Source: Chara braunii
Taxonomy: Eukaryota; Plantae; Charophyceae
Length of the DNA stretch: 64,000 bases
Direction of reading: 5' to 3'
Assembly (NCBI GenBank): GCA_003427395.1
Contig: BFEA01000021.1
Location: 4,506,964 to 4,570,963 of the forward strand
How positions within the stretch are numbered: position 1 is the stretch's first letter; the number at the start of each line of letters is the position of its first letter. Below are positions 38,997-50,900 of this stretch, one piece after another. A program made the translations under genes and the position numbers. The notes under the pieces were generated by a model. It saw only the letters and a program-made list of their open reading frames with translations, was not told the DNA's origin and searched no databases.

Positions 38997-39780
38997 TTTT
39001 TTATTTTTTTATTATTTTTTTTTTTTTTTTTTTTTTTGGAAAGCTTCTCAAATCATTGCAAAATCATAGGGACGAGGCCGGGGACCTCACAATTCAACCT
39101 GGAAGAGTCCTGGCAGCATCAGCCAGTTTAGCTTGTGGTATGTCTCAAGGCCCCCTAACCGATAAATCTATACCAGTTGGAGACCGGGTCCAACGTCCCA
39201 GACAGCCAACAACTTTCCAAAAAAATTAAGCTTTGAAGCACAGTAAAAAGGGGAGGAATAATACTTCTCCCAGCTAAGCCTGATTACATATCTACTCTAT
39301 GCTCTCAAAATCCAGGCACTCCACTAAACTTGTCACCACCAATCAAGGCGGGCCTATATTGGCCCTAGAGAAAGGAAAAGGCCTGAGACGGCCCAAACAG
39401 CTCTAATCCCGCGTGTCCGACAGCCATGTACACAAAGTAAGGCGGCCTTCCTGATTGACCGAGGCAAGTCGTGACCCCATTGCCCAGGTCTTCAGAAACC
39501 AAACGCGATTCTTTCTTTGCCAATCAGCCCTGATGATTCTCCGCATTTGTTGTTTTATTTGTTGCTGTTGATGCTGCCTGGAGGTCTCTTCCCCCCTGAA
39601 AACGCGCGCGTTCCGTGCCGACCAGATAGTCTGCATTAACATCCCCCTGCAACACAGAGCAATGTAACCCCATCCTGTGGTATAGTGGGCCCCTGGCGGC
39701 AGCATCCCAGTTAACATCCATGAATCCGACCAATCGAAATTACTGCAGGTGATATTGACCCAATGCTTTGTCCACCACAT
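38997..39780 (-). mobile_element. 3' end of a divergent LINE family (D) with a PK1 variant
   Basis: MQTIWSARNARVFRGE..WFLKTW; GGG-AC-GTTGGA-CCC-GGTC-TCCAAC at 39176-39199; poly-T 38997-39037. Confidence 0.8.
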
Positions 39781-39783
39781 TAC

Positions 39784-40010
39784 TTTTTTTATTTTTTATT
39801 TTTTTTTATATTTAAATAACAGAGTAGTAGAGTACCCATTGAGGCCGGGGACCTCACAATTCACCCCGGATTGGCCTGAGGGGCCAAGCCCCATTCACCT
39901 AGACCCGAAACCGGGTCCAGTGTCCCAAAGCTCTGTTGACTTCTATAATTCTATTCTTCTCAAAATGCCTGCTGAAACACAGGGGAAAAAAAAAATAGTA
40001 CAAGAGGAGT
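39784..40010 (-). mobile_element. Short LINE tail with a PK1 variant and TGAGG/CCTCA hairpin
   Basis: Poly-T 39784-39808; gaggccggggacctcacaattca shared with ~39074; GGG-AC-ACTGGA-CCC ending at 39926. Confidence 0.65.
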
Positions 40011-40078
40011 AAGGGCCAGAGGTCCAGAACCTTTTAATTTTTTTTTGCGAGAATAGCCGTTGCGATGTCCCTCTATCC

Positions 40079-40085
40079 TTTTTTC

Positions 40086-40116
<31 letters not shown>

Positions 40117-43100
40117 TTAAAACCACGTCGGATTCAGCTTGGGGTGCTGGTAGGAGCAGTCACCTCAAGCTGGGCTGGTGTAGGCTCCATCTATTGGTGG
40201 GGAGCAGCACCTGCTGGGAATCGGGCCCAGCGTCCCTTTTTTTCACAATTGCGAGAAATCACTGAATATAGGTAATGTACATAGGTATGCTTGTGATAAG
40301 GTGGAAGGTAACCAAAATGGGGGCACCACACCCCTTTTGTGGAGAAACCACCTGATACGGGCCTCAGACCCGATTGTGATTTGTTAATTGTGTGTTGCGA
40401 GGTGATGCAGATCAAAGGCTGTAACCACCACTGCTGCTATAGATTCCGGATGCCCTCCTCTAGAGGGCGGAGAGAAAGACTGTCCCTGGCCGGTAAGTGA
40501 GTGAGGAGAGGGGAGTCNNNNNNNNNNNNNNNNNNNNNNNNNNNNNNNNNNNNNNNNNNNNNNNNNNNNNNNNNNNNNNNNNNNNNNNNNNNNNNNNNNN
40601 NNNNNNNNNNNNNNNNNNNNNNNNNNNNNNNNNNNNNNNNNNNNNNNNNNNNNNNNNNNNNNNNNNNNNNNNNNNNNNNNNNNNNNNNNNNNNNNNNNNN
40701 NNNNNNNNNNNNNNNNNNNNNNNNNNNNNNNNNNNNNNNNNNNNNNNNNNNNNNNNNNNNNNNNNNNNNNNNNNNNNNNNNNNNNNNNNNNNNNNNNNNN
40801 NNNNNNNNNNNNNNNNNNNNNNNNNNNNNNNNNNNNNNNNNNNNNNNNNNNNNNNNNNNNNNNNNNNNNNNNNNNNNNNNNNNNNNNNNNNNNNNNNNNN
40901 NNNNNNNNNNNNNNNNNNNNNNNNNNNNNNNNNNNNNNNNNNNNNNNNNNNNNNNNNNNNNNNNNNNNNNNNNNNNNNNNNNNNNNNNNNNNNNNNNNNN
41001 NNNNNNNNNNNNNNNNNNNTAGTTGTGTTGTTTCCTCTCGTACGAGCAGCGCATTCTCCAGGCTGTCATAAGTACGGCCAGTCTGGAGTAGGCAAATAGG
41101 TTAGACATGAACGGGGTCCACTCCCCCTCCCCTGCTGGGACGGTTCCCAGCAGGAGAGTGGTCACTTCCCATGGGAAGTGGCGGCCTGTAAAATAGTGCC
41201 ACGCTGCATCCCACCATCTCCATACTTGGAGCACCATAGGGCAGTCCAGTAGGCAGTGCTCTAAAGTGGCTCTTCTGTTGGGCAGCGTGTGGGAGCAGTA
41301 TGAGCAGAGTGGGGACAACAGTTCTTTCTCCTCCAGGTCCGTGCGTGATGTAACCCAGTTTGGGGTAGGGAGACATCTGTGAATAATTTGCCACTGAAGG
41401 GCTCTGTGGCTGGTCGGTCGGATGTGGGAAAAAGCGGACCACCTGAAGAGGCCAAAGTCCTGAGCTTTCAGGGGAGAGTCTCGCTCCCATCGTTTGATTA
41501 TTTGGTCGAGGGGTCTAAGTGGTTTGCGCGCTGCTCTGTAGCCCTTCCTCACTATGTATTGGTGCAGAGCCATCGACGGGGACCCCCCCCATTTCCATTC
41601 CCACTCTAATGGGTCGAATGGGAGGCAGTGCGGTGGGGTGGAAGGCTCATATTGGAAAAAACCCTGTTTTTGACACCCCACCACTTTGATTGTAGTGAGA
41701 CAAGACGCGGGAAGCTGTGTGTCTAAATCCTCTTGGCGCTGCAGTGGTGACCATCTGGCCCCTGGCATGGTCGGGCAGTAGGCCTGCAATGAAGCCTGGT
41801 GGTCTGTGGTATTTTGCACATTGTACAGTACCATAGGGAGGAGCAGGGAGTCTGTGTTTACCACCCAGTCACCGCGAGCGAGGCTGGGTCCCGCTTTAAG
41901 AGTTCAAATCCATGCCAAGGGGATCGCTTCTTGGATTTGTTGTAAGTCACGGGCCATGTTTGAGATGCAGCCTGACCCAGCCACGAGTTGATCCACCGAC
42001 GCCCATGATCTAGAGGAGGTATTCCATAAGTCCCCCACCTTCTAAATACCCTTCGCCACCCGTCGTTTCCAGTTGGAGTTCCCTTTGAGGGAGAGGGGCA
42101 GGCCGTTACGATCCACGATTTGTGGATGGCCGAAAAGTGGTTGGCGCCATATGTCCTCCCATTTGAGTGGCACCGGCCTTTCGGCCGGACCCCTTTCCCT
42201 CCAGAGGGTAAGCATGGCTGTCCATAGCGGATCTACTCGCAGATCTTGTCTCGCAAGACCAGCGGGGGTGTTATCTGTGTCTGATCGGGGGCCGCGAGGG
42301 ATGGACCACCATTTATTTGTTAGCCATTGGAAGGGGTGTACCGGGCGGAGGGGGTGGGATGGGGGGGCTAGGCAAGCCAGCTGGATTTGTGCGTATGCGG
42401 CCCAGGGGATGTCATTTCCAAGTAGGAGTCGCACGAGGAACTTGAAGATAAGAGCGTTAATTTCTTCCTCTGGATCGATGACCCCTAGACCGCCTTGTGA
42501 TCTGGGTTGCACTATAGTCTCCCATGCCACTCTTTTAATTGCCCGGATGTCGTTGTGGTCGTTTTTTCACAGGTAGGCTGTTGCAGCTTGTTTAAGTCTT
42601 GAAATGTGTTTGTGGTGTAGTTGCCAAAAGGCAACTTTGTACCACAGGGAGGCAAAAATGGCGTTGTTGATGGCCAGTACACGCCCCACCAGGGATGTGT
42701 GTTTGGCGTCCCAACATGTGAATTTCTTTATGGCAAGCTCCACGAGGGAATCACCATGGTCGGGAGGCGGACCCATAGCAGTCAGGTTGACCCCTAAGAC
42801 CCTGATTGCAGTCTCCTTATGTCTCCATGCAACGTGCGGGGTCTGGGGGGGCTGTCCGCCCGTGGGATTGAGCCACCAGCCTTCAGTTTTGGAGTCCCAA
42901 TTGACTTTCATATCCGAGGCAATCTCAAACAGGTGGATGGTGTGGGCCAATCCCTGAAAACTCTCGCGGTCGGCCTTAAAGAGCACTGTAAGGTCATCTG
43001 CGAAGAGAGATGTAACCGGGATGAGGTGGTCCGGAATTTCCGGAACCTGGATACGCTGGATCAGGGGGTTTGCTCTAATCATGGCTGCCAGCGCCTCCAT

Positions 43101-44655
43101 GACGAGGACAAAGAGCATTGGTGCGATGGGGTCCCCTTGCCTGACCGATCGTTGGAGTTGGAATGGTGGGGCTAAATGACCATTAAGTGTGATATTGGTG
43201 GTTGCAGTACGGTGGAAGATGTCGGCCCAGGCACAGAATCTCGGGCCAAAGTTCATTTTAGTAAGGCACATGTCCAAGAAGTCCCAGTCAACGTGGTCAT
43301 AGGCCTTCTCAAAGTCAATGAACAATATGGCCGCCTCGGCCTTCCTCTGTCGTGCATACCTGATTGTCTCGTTCACCAGTAGGATGTTATCTTGGATGTT
43401 CCGGTATGGCATGAACCCAGATTGGTCTAGGTGGATGAGGTGGGGTAGAAGGGGCAACAGTCTGTTCGCCCATGCTTTAGCTATTATTTTGTATGGCACG
43501 GGCAGGAGGGTGATTGGTCTGTAATTTCTGATTTCTGATTTGTCCCCTTTTTTGTATAGCAGTGTTGTGACCCCTTGTCCGATCATGCCCCCGAAAGAGC
43601 CTTCGTGGTACACCGCTTGTGCATATTGCACGAAGTTGTCTTCCAGAATTGGCCAGAAGTGCGTCAGAACTCTTTTGGAAAGGAGTCCAGGCCTGAAGTT
43701 TTCTCGTCGTCCATCTCCTGTAGGGCCTGTGAGATCTTTGCTCGTGAGAATGGGGTGTCGAGGGTGTTCCTTTGGGAGGAGGAGAGAAGGGAGGAGAGAG
43801 AGGCGAGCAGAATCTCCCTTGCGTGCTCCAGTGCTTGAGGCTCCATGCTAGCTGTCTGAGAGGTAAACAAGTGTTTGTAGTACTGGGATGCGTACTCCAC
43901 GATTTTGTACGCGTTGGTGGCCTGAGGTTGAGTCCCATCAAAAGGGTGATTGAGAGAGGGCACAGTGTTCTGCCTGGACCTGGCCTTCGCTTTATTAAAG
44001 AAGGTCTTTTCCATCATGCCCTCTGTGGAGTCCTTTTTCACACGTGCTTGCAATCTCTATTTTTGTGTCCAGTCGTCCAAGAATTCTTGGAGTTGGGCTC
44101 TGGCTTGTTGCAGCATGTCGTAAGTGTCGGGGTCTATCGGATCATCGTTCAGTCTCGAATCCCAGTCTTCCAGCTGCTGCAGCAGCCCATCGAGGATTGC
44201 TTTTCGTTCGCGGGCATGCTGAATTGAGAATTTTTTAACCCTTTCTCTTAACTCATCCACCCCCTTGTTGAACCATTGGACTGTTGAGCCATCCTGGGGC
44301 CTGGTTGTTGTCCGGTAGGCCCAGAAGTCCCGAACCAGTTGCTGGAAAGCCCGAAGTTTTAAGAGGGACGTGTTAAACTTGAAGTACCCTGGACCTCTTT
44401 CGATATGCGTGTGAAAAGATATGGCAATTGCCACCATTCGGTGATCGAAAGATTTGCATGGTGAAAAGGGAAGGATCTCGGCTGCAGACAGGAGGCCTTG
44501 AAGGCTTTCCGACAGGAGAATGAGATATATTCTAGAGTTGGAGATCCCAGCTGATCCCCTGGATCGGACGCATGCGTAAGCTCGGCTGGTCAGGTGCAGC
44601 AGTCTGAACGTATCAGTAAGGTTCATATCTGTCATTACACGGGCCAACATGATGG
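40079..44655 (-). mobile_element. LINE (family A-like), 5'-truncated in APE: RT, zf-RVT, and probably its 3' module at 40120-40236 across the gap
   Basis: SFDH, NYRPITLL, IDFEKAYDHVDW, RQGDP, FADD, TLEHCLLDCP; N gap 40518-41019. Confidence 0.92.
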
Positions 44656-44699
44656 CGTTCGGTCTTCTCGTCAGCCAAAGGACAGTATAGCCAAATATG

Positions 44700-46470
44700 A
44701 ATCATATTTTCCCATCCCCAATTACATCTCAGGCATTGGGTAAGGGCATCCATACCTCTCATGGAGAGCCACATTGAGGTGGCCGTAACCAAGAGACTGG
44801 AGCCACATGATACTAGCATGCTTCTGGACTGGGGTTTTAATCAAGGCCGACCAGAAAGCCCGGAGGCCTTGAGCCGTTACACCTGTCAATTGAAGATCGC
44901 TAGCTCTTTTCAGGGCTATCGATTCAGCGGACTTCTGTCTACCCCTTAGCTGCTTTTGAACCCCGACCTTCGGTTTGTAATGGATTAATGGCACAAAACG
45001 GGTGTCACTCATCCAACCTTGCAGCAGTGGCTCCACCCTGAAGTGCTCTGCATCCCCCAACAAAGTAGCTTTCGGCTCCTGAACCCATACTCTCACCTCT
45101 TCTAAAGCAGCTGTACTCGTGACTCGCTGATCTTCCAGTTCCAGTTCCAGTTTCATCTTGCCTGAGACCCCTGCCACCTGTGGCAGGCCCTGCCACCTGT
45201 GGCAGGGACCAGACCTGCACTCTCATCCCTGACACCAGGTCTGGGCCAAAAACTCGCAGGAAACGGGTGGGGTGATCTTCAGCCCGGAGCCAGGCTCCCA
45301 CCGCCTGTTCCACCCCTGGCGAAAGGAGGCGAATCCATGAATCGGGAATAGCTGCAATAAGTTCTGCCATGTGGCTAGCCACTCTATGGAGCCTCGGAAG
45401 CTTCTGGCGCAACTGTGGGAGGTCGAGAAAATTACCTTCCTCCGCTGCCCAAATGTCTCTGACCTGTACCACCCCTTTCTTCACCCAAGATTTGTCGAAG
45501 CTCCCTGGGATATCTGCTACTGGGAAGGGGGAGCCATCCGCTTGGAGGATACAGTCGTTCTCGAACAGCAGCCGGTTCAAAACCTCTTGCTTAGTGGTGG
45601 GAGGGGAGCTTTTCGTGGGCCTTATTAAATTCCACGCGCCTAGGATACTTCTCCATAATCTCGACTTAGGTCTGCGGTTGGCAAAAGAAGGTAGCATCAA
45701 ACATATCCACACCTTCGAGTGGTCCAGAAGCTCCCATTATGTTCCTAGTATGTATTCCGCTAGAGCCATCCAAGTTTTGTGTGTTGTGTCCGTCATCGCT
45801 TGTACAGACCACTTGGCCAACAGCGCTGCATTCTGCTGAGCTGGGTCCAAAATGCCCAGGCCTCCTTCCTGTCTGGGTGCTGCTATCACTTCCCAAGCCA
45901 CCTTGGACAGGAAACCCTGTTCTGCCGTAGCTTCAGGCTTCCACAGGTACCCTGCAGCCGCCCCTTTAATCTTTCTATATGCCCCATCGCCCAATCTGTG
46001 GATACTCAGAGGGAACCACAGCAAGGAGCAAGCCGCCGAGGAGAGGACCAAAGCCCTACCCACGAGGGAGAGTCCCGTACGCCTTTCCCAGCTTGCAATG
46101 CGGGCTATCACTTTGTCTGCCAAAATATTATCCTGTAATACAGAACAGTCAGAAAGTGACACTTGGATGCCCAAGAAACGGTCAGATGAATTTGCAGGGA
46201 CCTTCCGTAGACCCCAATCCACACACAACTCTTGAGGGGGTGGTAAGAGGTAAACTGACTTATCCCAATTAATTGAGGTTTCAGACAAACTACAATATTC
46301 CTCTAATACCGTACGTAGTTCATTCAAACTCTCCTGTGAGTTTTTGCAGGCCACCGTTAGGTCGTCCGCTATGGCCCCTTCCTTCCATTGGAGGGCGGGG
46401 TAAGGGGACAGACCCACTATTCGTTGGTTATGTCTTATGTTAGCCAATAAGAATTCCAGCTGCATAGATC
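44700..46470 (-). mobile_element. ORF2 fragment of a more divergent LINE family
   Basis: AIADDLTV, SINWDKS, RFLGI, LSLVGRALVL, VAW..IAAPRQEGGLGILDP. Confidence 0.88.
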
Positions 46471-47840
46471 AGACTGCCAATAAGATCCAATGTGTTTTGA
46501 AGTTCTCCAGTATGTGTCTTTTTCTGGCCGTTTCAGGTTCCTTGCATACATCAGACTGCATATGCCTCCAGGTCTGTTGGGTATTGGCAGTGATTGTGTC
46601 TATGATTGTTGCCCGTGCTTGCATAAAGTCGAAATCCTTTTGCTTTCTTTCGTAGGCACATCACATCCTCCAGGCTGCCATCATCACCGTCAGTCTGGAA
46701 TATGTGAACAGGTTTGTCATGAAGGGTGTCCAGTTTGTTCCCCCCTCTGGAGGTCCTCCCAGCAAGAGGGTACGGACGTCCCAGGGCAGGTGTTTCCCCG
46801 TGAGGTAGTGCCAGGCTGCGTCCCACCAGCTCCAGAGTTGGGTCACCATTGGGCAGTCTAGTATACAATGTTCCAGGGTAGCTCTTTTCCTCGGTGTGGA
46901 GCTGGCGCAGTACGTGCACAGCGGAGAGATCTGTCCTTTTGCCTCTAAATCTGTTCTTGTTGTTAGCCAATCCGGAGTGGGCAGGCATCTGTGTATAATC
47001 TGCCATTACAGTGCTCTATGATCGGTCCGCTTAACATGCGCAAACGAGGTCCATCTGAATTGCTGGAAGTCCCGCTTTTCCAGTGGGGAATCTCTTTCCC
47101 GACGCTGGATGATTTGTTGTGTCAGTTGTAGTTGTTTATGGGCTATCCTATATCCATCCTTAACCGTGTATTGCCACAGGGCCATCGACTGGGATTCTCC
47201 CCACGACCATTTCCATTCTGCGGGGTCGAAGGGTAGGTCGCAGAGGGGGGTGGATGGTTCGTAGAGGTAGAGGCCGTCTTTTGCGTCCCCCACTACTCTG
47301 ATTCTCATAAGCTCGGACGGTGGGCGTTGTGTGTCCAGGTCTTGTTGCCTGTGCATTGCAGACCAACGTTCGCCGGGCAAAGTCGGGCAGACCAACGTTC
47401 CCCGGGCAAAGTCGGGCAGTAGGCTTGTAATTTTGTGTTCCCATTGTTGATGCTCTGCACCTCGTACACCGTCATAGGGATGGGCATAGAGTGAGTGAGC
47501 ACCACCCAGTCATGTTGTTGTATCTTCGGATCCGTTTTAAGGGCGCGAATCCAGGCCAGGGGTATGGGTTCCTGAAAATCCCTCATGTAGGAGGCCATGT
47601 TTATTAAGGGGTCCGTGAGGCTTTTCAGGGATTGCTCTGATTTCCAGTCCCTTGCCGGGCCGTCCCAGAGGTGGCCTACTGTGTACACCCCTTTTCTAAC
47701 CCACTGTCCCCATTTGGAGGTCCCTTGAAGGGTGAAGGTGTTGCCTGTCTTTTCCATGATGTCCGGGTTACCGAAAAGTGGTTGATGGACCACTTCCTCC
47801 CATCTGGGCGGTGTGGGGGTGCGCCCTTACCTTTGCCCCG
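46470..47840 (-). mobile_element. LINE family A-like ORF2 C-terminal fragment
   Basis: HQPLFGNP, LPFDPAEWKW, QIIHRCLPTPDW, TLEHCILDCP; 29-bp tandem duplication ~47358-47419. Confidence 0.88.
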
Positions 47841-47989
47841 AGAGCTGTGGAGATCGAGGGCCTTGCTCCACTACGGACCAAATGTGCAACATGAGCATGA
47901 ATCTTCTTGTAGAACATAAGTAGATACATTGCTAAAGGCAGGGACGGAAAAATGAAGGGAGAGAAAAGAAAGAAATAAGGAAGCTGAAG

Positions 47990-50900
47990 GGAAAAAAAAT
48001 AATAGAGGGGGGGAAGGAGGCGCAGAAGAGTCCGCAGAGGAGGAAGGCCTCTGCTTGGCATTGGCAGCATGGAAACCGCAGTCAGCAACGGTCCAGGAAC
48101 AACAGATTCAACAAAAACTGCAGTCACCCCCCCCCCCCCAAAACCCCCGGACGCGGACCTGACTAGCAGGCGACAAAGAATGCGCCACCTACTAGAAAAA
48201 GGGGACATCCATCAAGGACCATTGGACAAAGGTCTGGCCTTGTTACTGGTCATGACCAATGGAAAGTCATGGGAAATTGGCCTCTCCACACCGCTGGGGG
48301 CGACACATGGAGAAGTTACCATCAAGGGACGCTCTGCCTTCCTCCTTTCCCTCTCCTTCTGGGGAGGTGGCCCCACCCTTCTCAAGTCAGACATTGCTCA
48401 GTTGATCAGGGATCAGATTCCACCAGGAGCCTCCTCCTCCCTTGTCATCTCCTACGGTCCCCAAAGACTTGCAGACAAGGACATTTATATCCAATATAAG
48501 CAGGGGTGTAGTGTGGACCTCAGTTGGTTCAACCAGGACGCGCTCACGGAGATCCAACTGCTTAAAATCAAGTCTAGTGACCTCTGGACTGAGACGAAAG
48601 TCACTACTCTCCTAGCAAAATTAATCATAAACAAAACATTGCAAAACGGAGGGTTGTTGAGCACTGAGTCATGGATGCCACTATGAGCTGACCGGACTAT
48701 CTCACAAAAATAGAGAGAATAGAAATGAATGGGATTAATGTGATAGAAGCACTCTATAACCGAGATAAACAGAGGAAACTGACCAAGAGAGCAACGAATC
48801 TTGACTTGCGATCCCTAAATGTAAATGGGTTGGCCTCGGCAAAGTTCCCCAAGAGGCAAGCGATAATTGAACAGCTCTAGTGTGTCTACAGGAAACCCAC
48901 CTTTTTGACAGCCCGGAGCACACTCACGTCCATAAAGAGATCTGGCCACATCAAGCTTACAGCGCCCACGCCCCAAAACCGGACAGTGGGGGGGTGACCA
49001 TATGGCTACCCCCAGATTCAAGGGTGGACCCGCTAAACTGGGCAACAAACCAGGAAGAGGGTAGGTGGGTCTATCTACTTGCAATGCTGGAAATTGAGGC
49101 GATATGTATTCTTAATATCTACGCCCCAAACGAGCCAAGGGAGCGTCAGACCTTCTTTGAAAATCTAAAGACCAAACTGCCAGAAGGTATCCCAATCATT
49201 CTGGTTGGGGATTTTAATGCCGCCCCAGACCGTTGGCTGGACAGATGGAAAATTCCCGCACCATGCCCTACGTATGTGGAGAGCGATGAAAGAATCATCT
49301 CGGACCTATCCCAATTGCTTAACCTCATTGACTCATTTCGGTTACGATACCCTATGCAGCGCAAGTTCACATGCTATAGAAAGAACCATTATTAACATAT
49401 ATCTAAATCACGAACAGATCTGATCTTAATCTAAGAGGAAATACAAGGGGTCTTGCAAGTGGCCGGAATCTTTCATCGAAGCCCCTGCCCGGGCCTGGAT
49501 CACGCAATGTGCCTTGCGATCTTTTCCTTCAGAAAGAAACCAGACCAGGGGCGTGGTTTTTACAAACTCAATACATCCTTACTCACCTTGGACTGCTTTA
49601 AGAACTACCTGAAAGAGACCTGGGCCTTTTGGCAAAAACAGAAAGACCTGATCCAGGATGACATAGTATGGTTCAATAACGGTCTATCCTTTTTAGGCCG
49701 CAAGTGCAATGAGTACTCCAAACTCTGGGCGGCACAATGCCACGCGGAAGAGATAAACCTACAATATCGATTACAACAGCTTCTACAACAAGAAAATGAC
49801 AGCAAGCGGGATGACACCCAATCGGCGGAATTGGTCAATGAAATACAATCATTGGAGACCCGGATCCTGGAACATACGGAACACCAGTGGCAAGGCATTA
49901 GGATCCGTGATAAACTCTGCCAACATAAACTGGAAGATGCAATGGATGCAAGATTTTTTGCAATGGCTAAAACAAAAATGGCTCGAACAACGATAGAGAA
50001 TCTAACGGACCCTAACCAACAACAAGGACCGCTGTATACATCAACGGCGGAATGTACAAAGATAGCAAGGGATTTCTATCAAAACCTCTTCACATCTGAG
50101 TGCGCGGAGACACCACCAACACTGAGGCAGGCGGAAATTGAAGATTTCTTGTGCCCTTGGGATAGGTCAATGAGGTTAAGCGATTGGGATAGGTCCATGA
50201 TGATTCTTTCGTCGCTCTCCACATACGTCGGGCATGGTGCGGGAATTTTTCATCTATCCAGCCAAGTGTTCGAGCTTACAGACCAGCAGAGAAGTGCTTT
50301 GGAAACGCCTCTTACGAAGGAGGAGATATGGACAGCGCTAATGCTCATGGAGGAGGACAAAACTCCAGGCATCGATGGTCTGCCAAAGGAATTCTGGGAA
50401 GCAATGTGGGGAACCATCTCATAGGATTTAATGGATTATTATCAAACATTATGGGAGACGGGACAAATGGGAGAATTTGTAGGTCAAGGGGTTTTGACTC
50501 TACTGTATAAAAAAAGAGAGAGCTCAAACATTAGAAACTACAGACCCATTACCCTCCTTACAGTAGTCTACAAAATGGTGGCAAAAGCACTGACCAATCG
50601 TTTGGATAAGGTAATGAAAGACATTATACATCCAGATCAGACTGGTTTCATAAAGGGCAGGAACATTTAAGATAATATTCTTCTGGGCAACGAGATGATC
50701 AAACTGGCAAGATAATCTAAACACAACGCGACAATCATTTTCATTGACTTCGAAAAAGCCTACGACCATGTTGACTGGACCTTTTTGGACAAATGCCTAG
50801 AAAAACTTAAATTTGGACCTCATTTCAGGCGATGGGTGACAATCCTTCATAAAAACGCCACAACCAGAGTAATGGTCAATGGAACCTCGCGCCGCCTATC

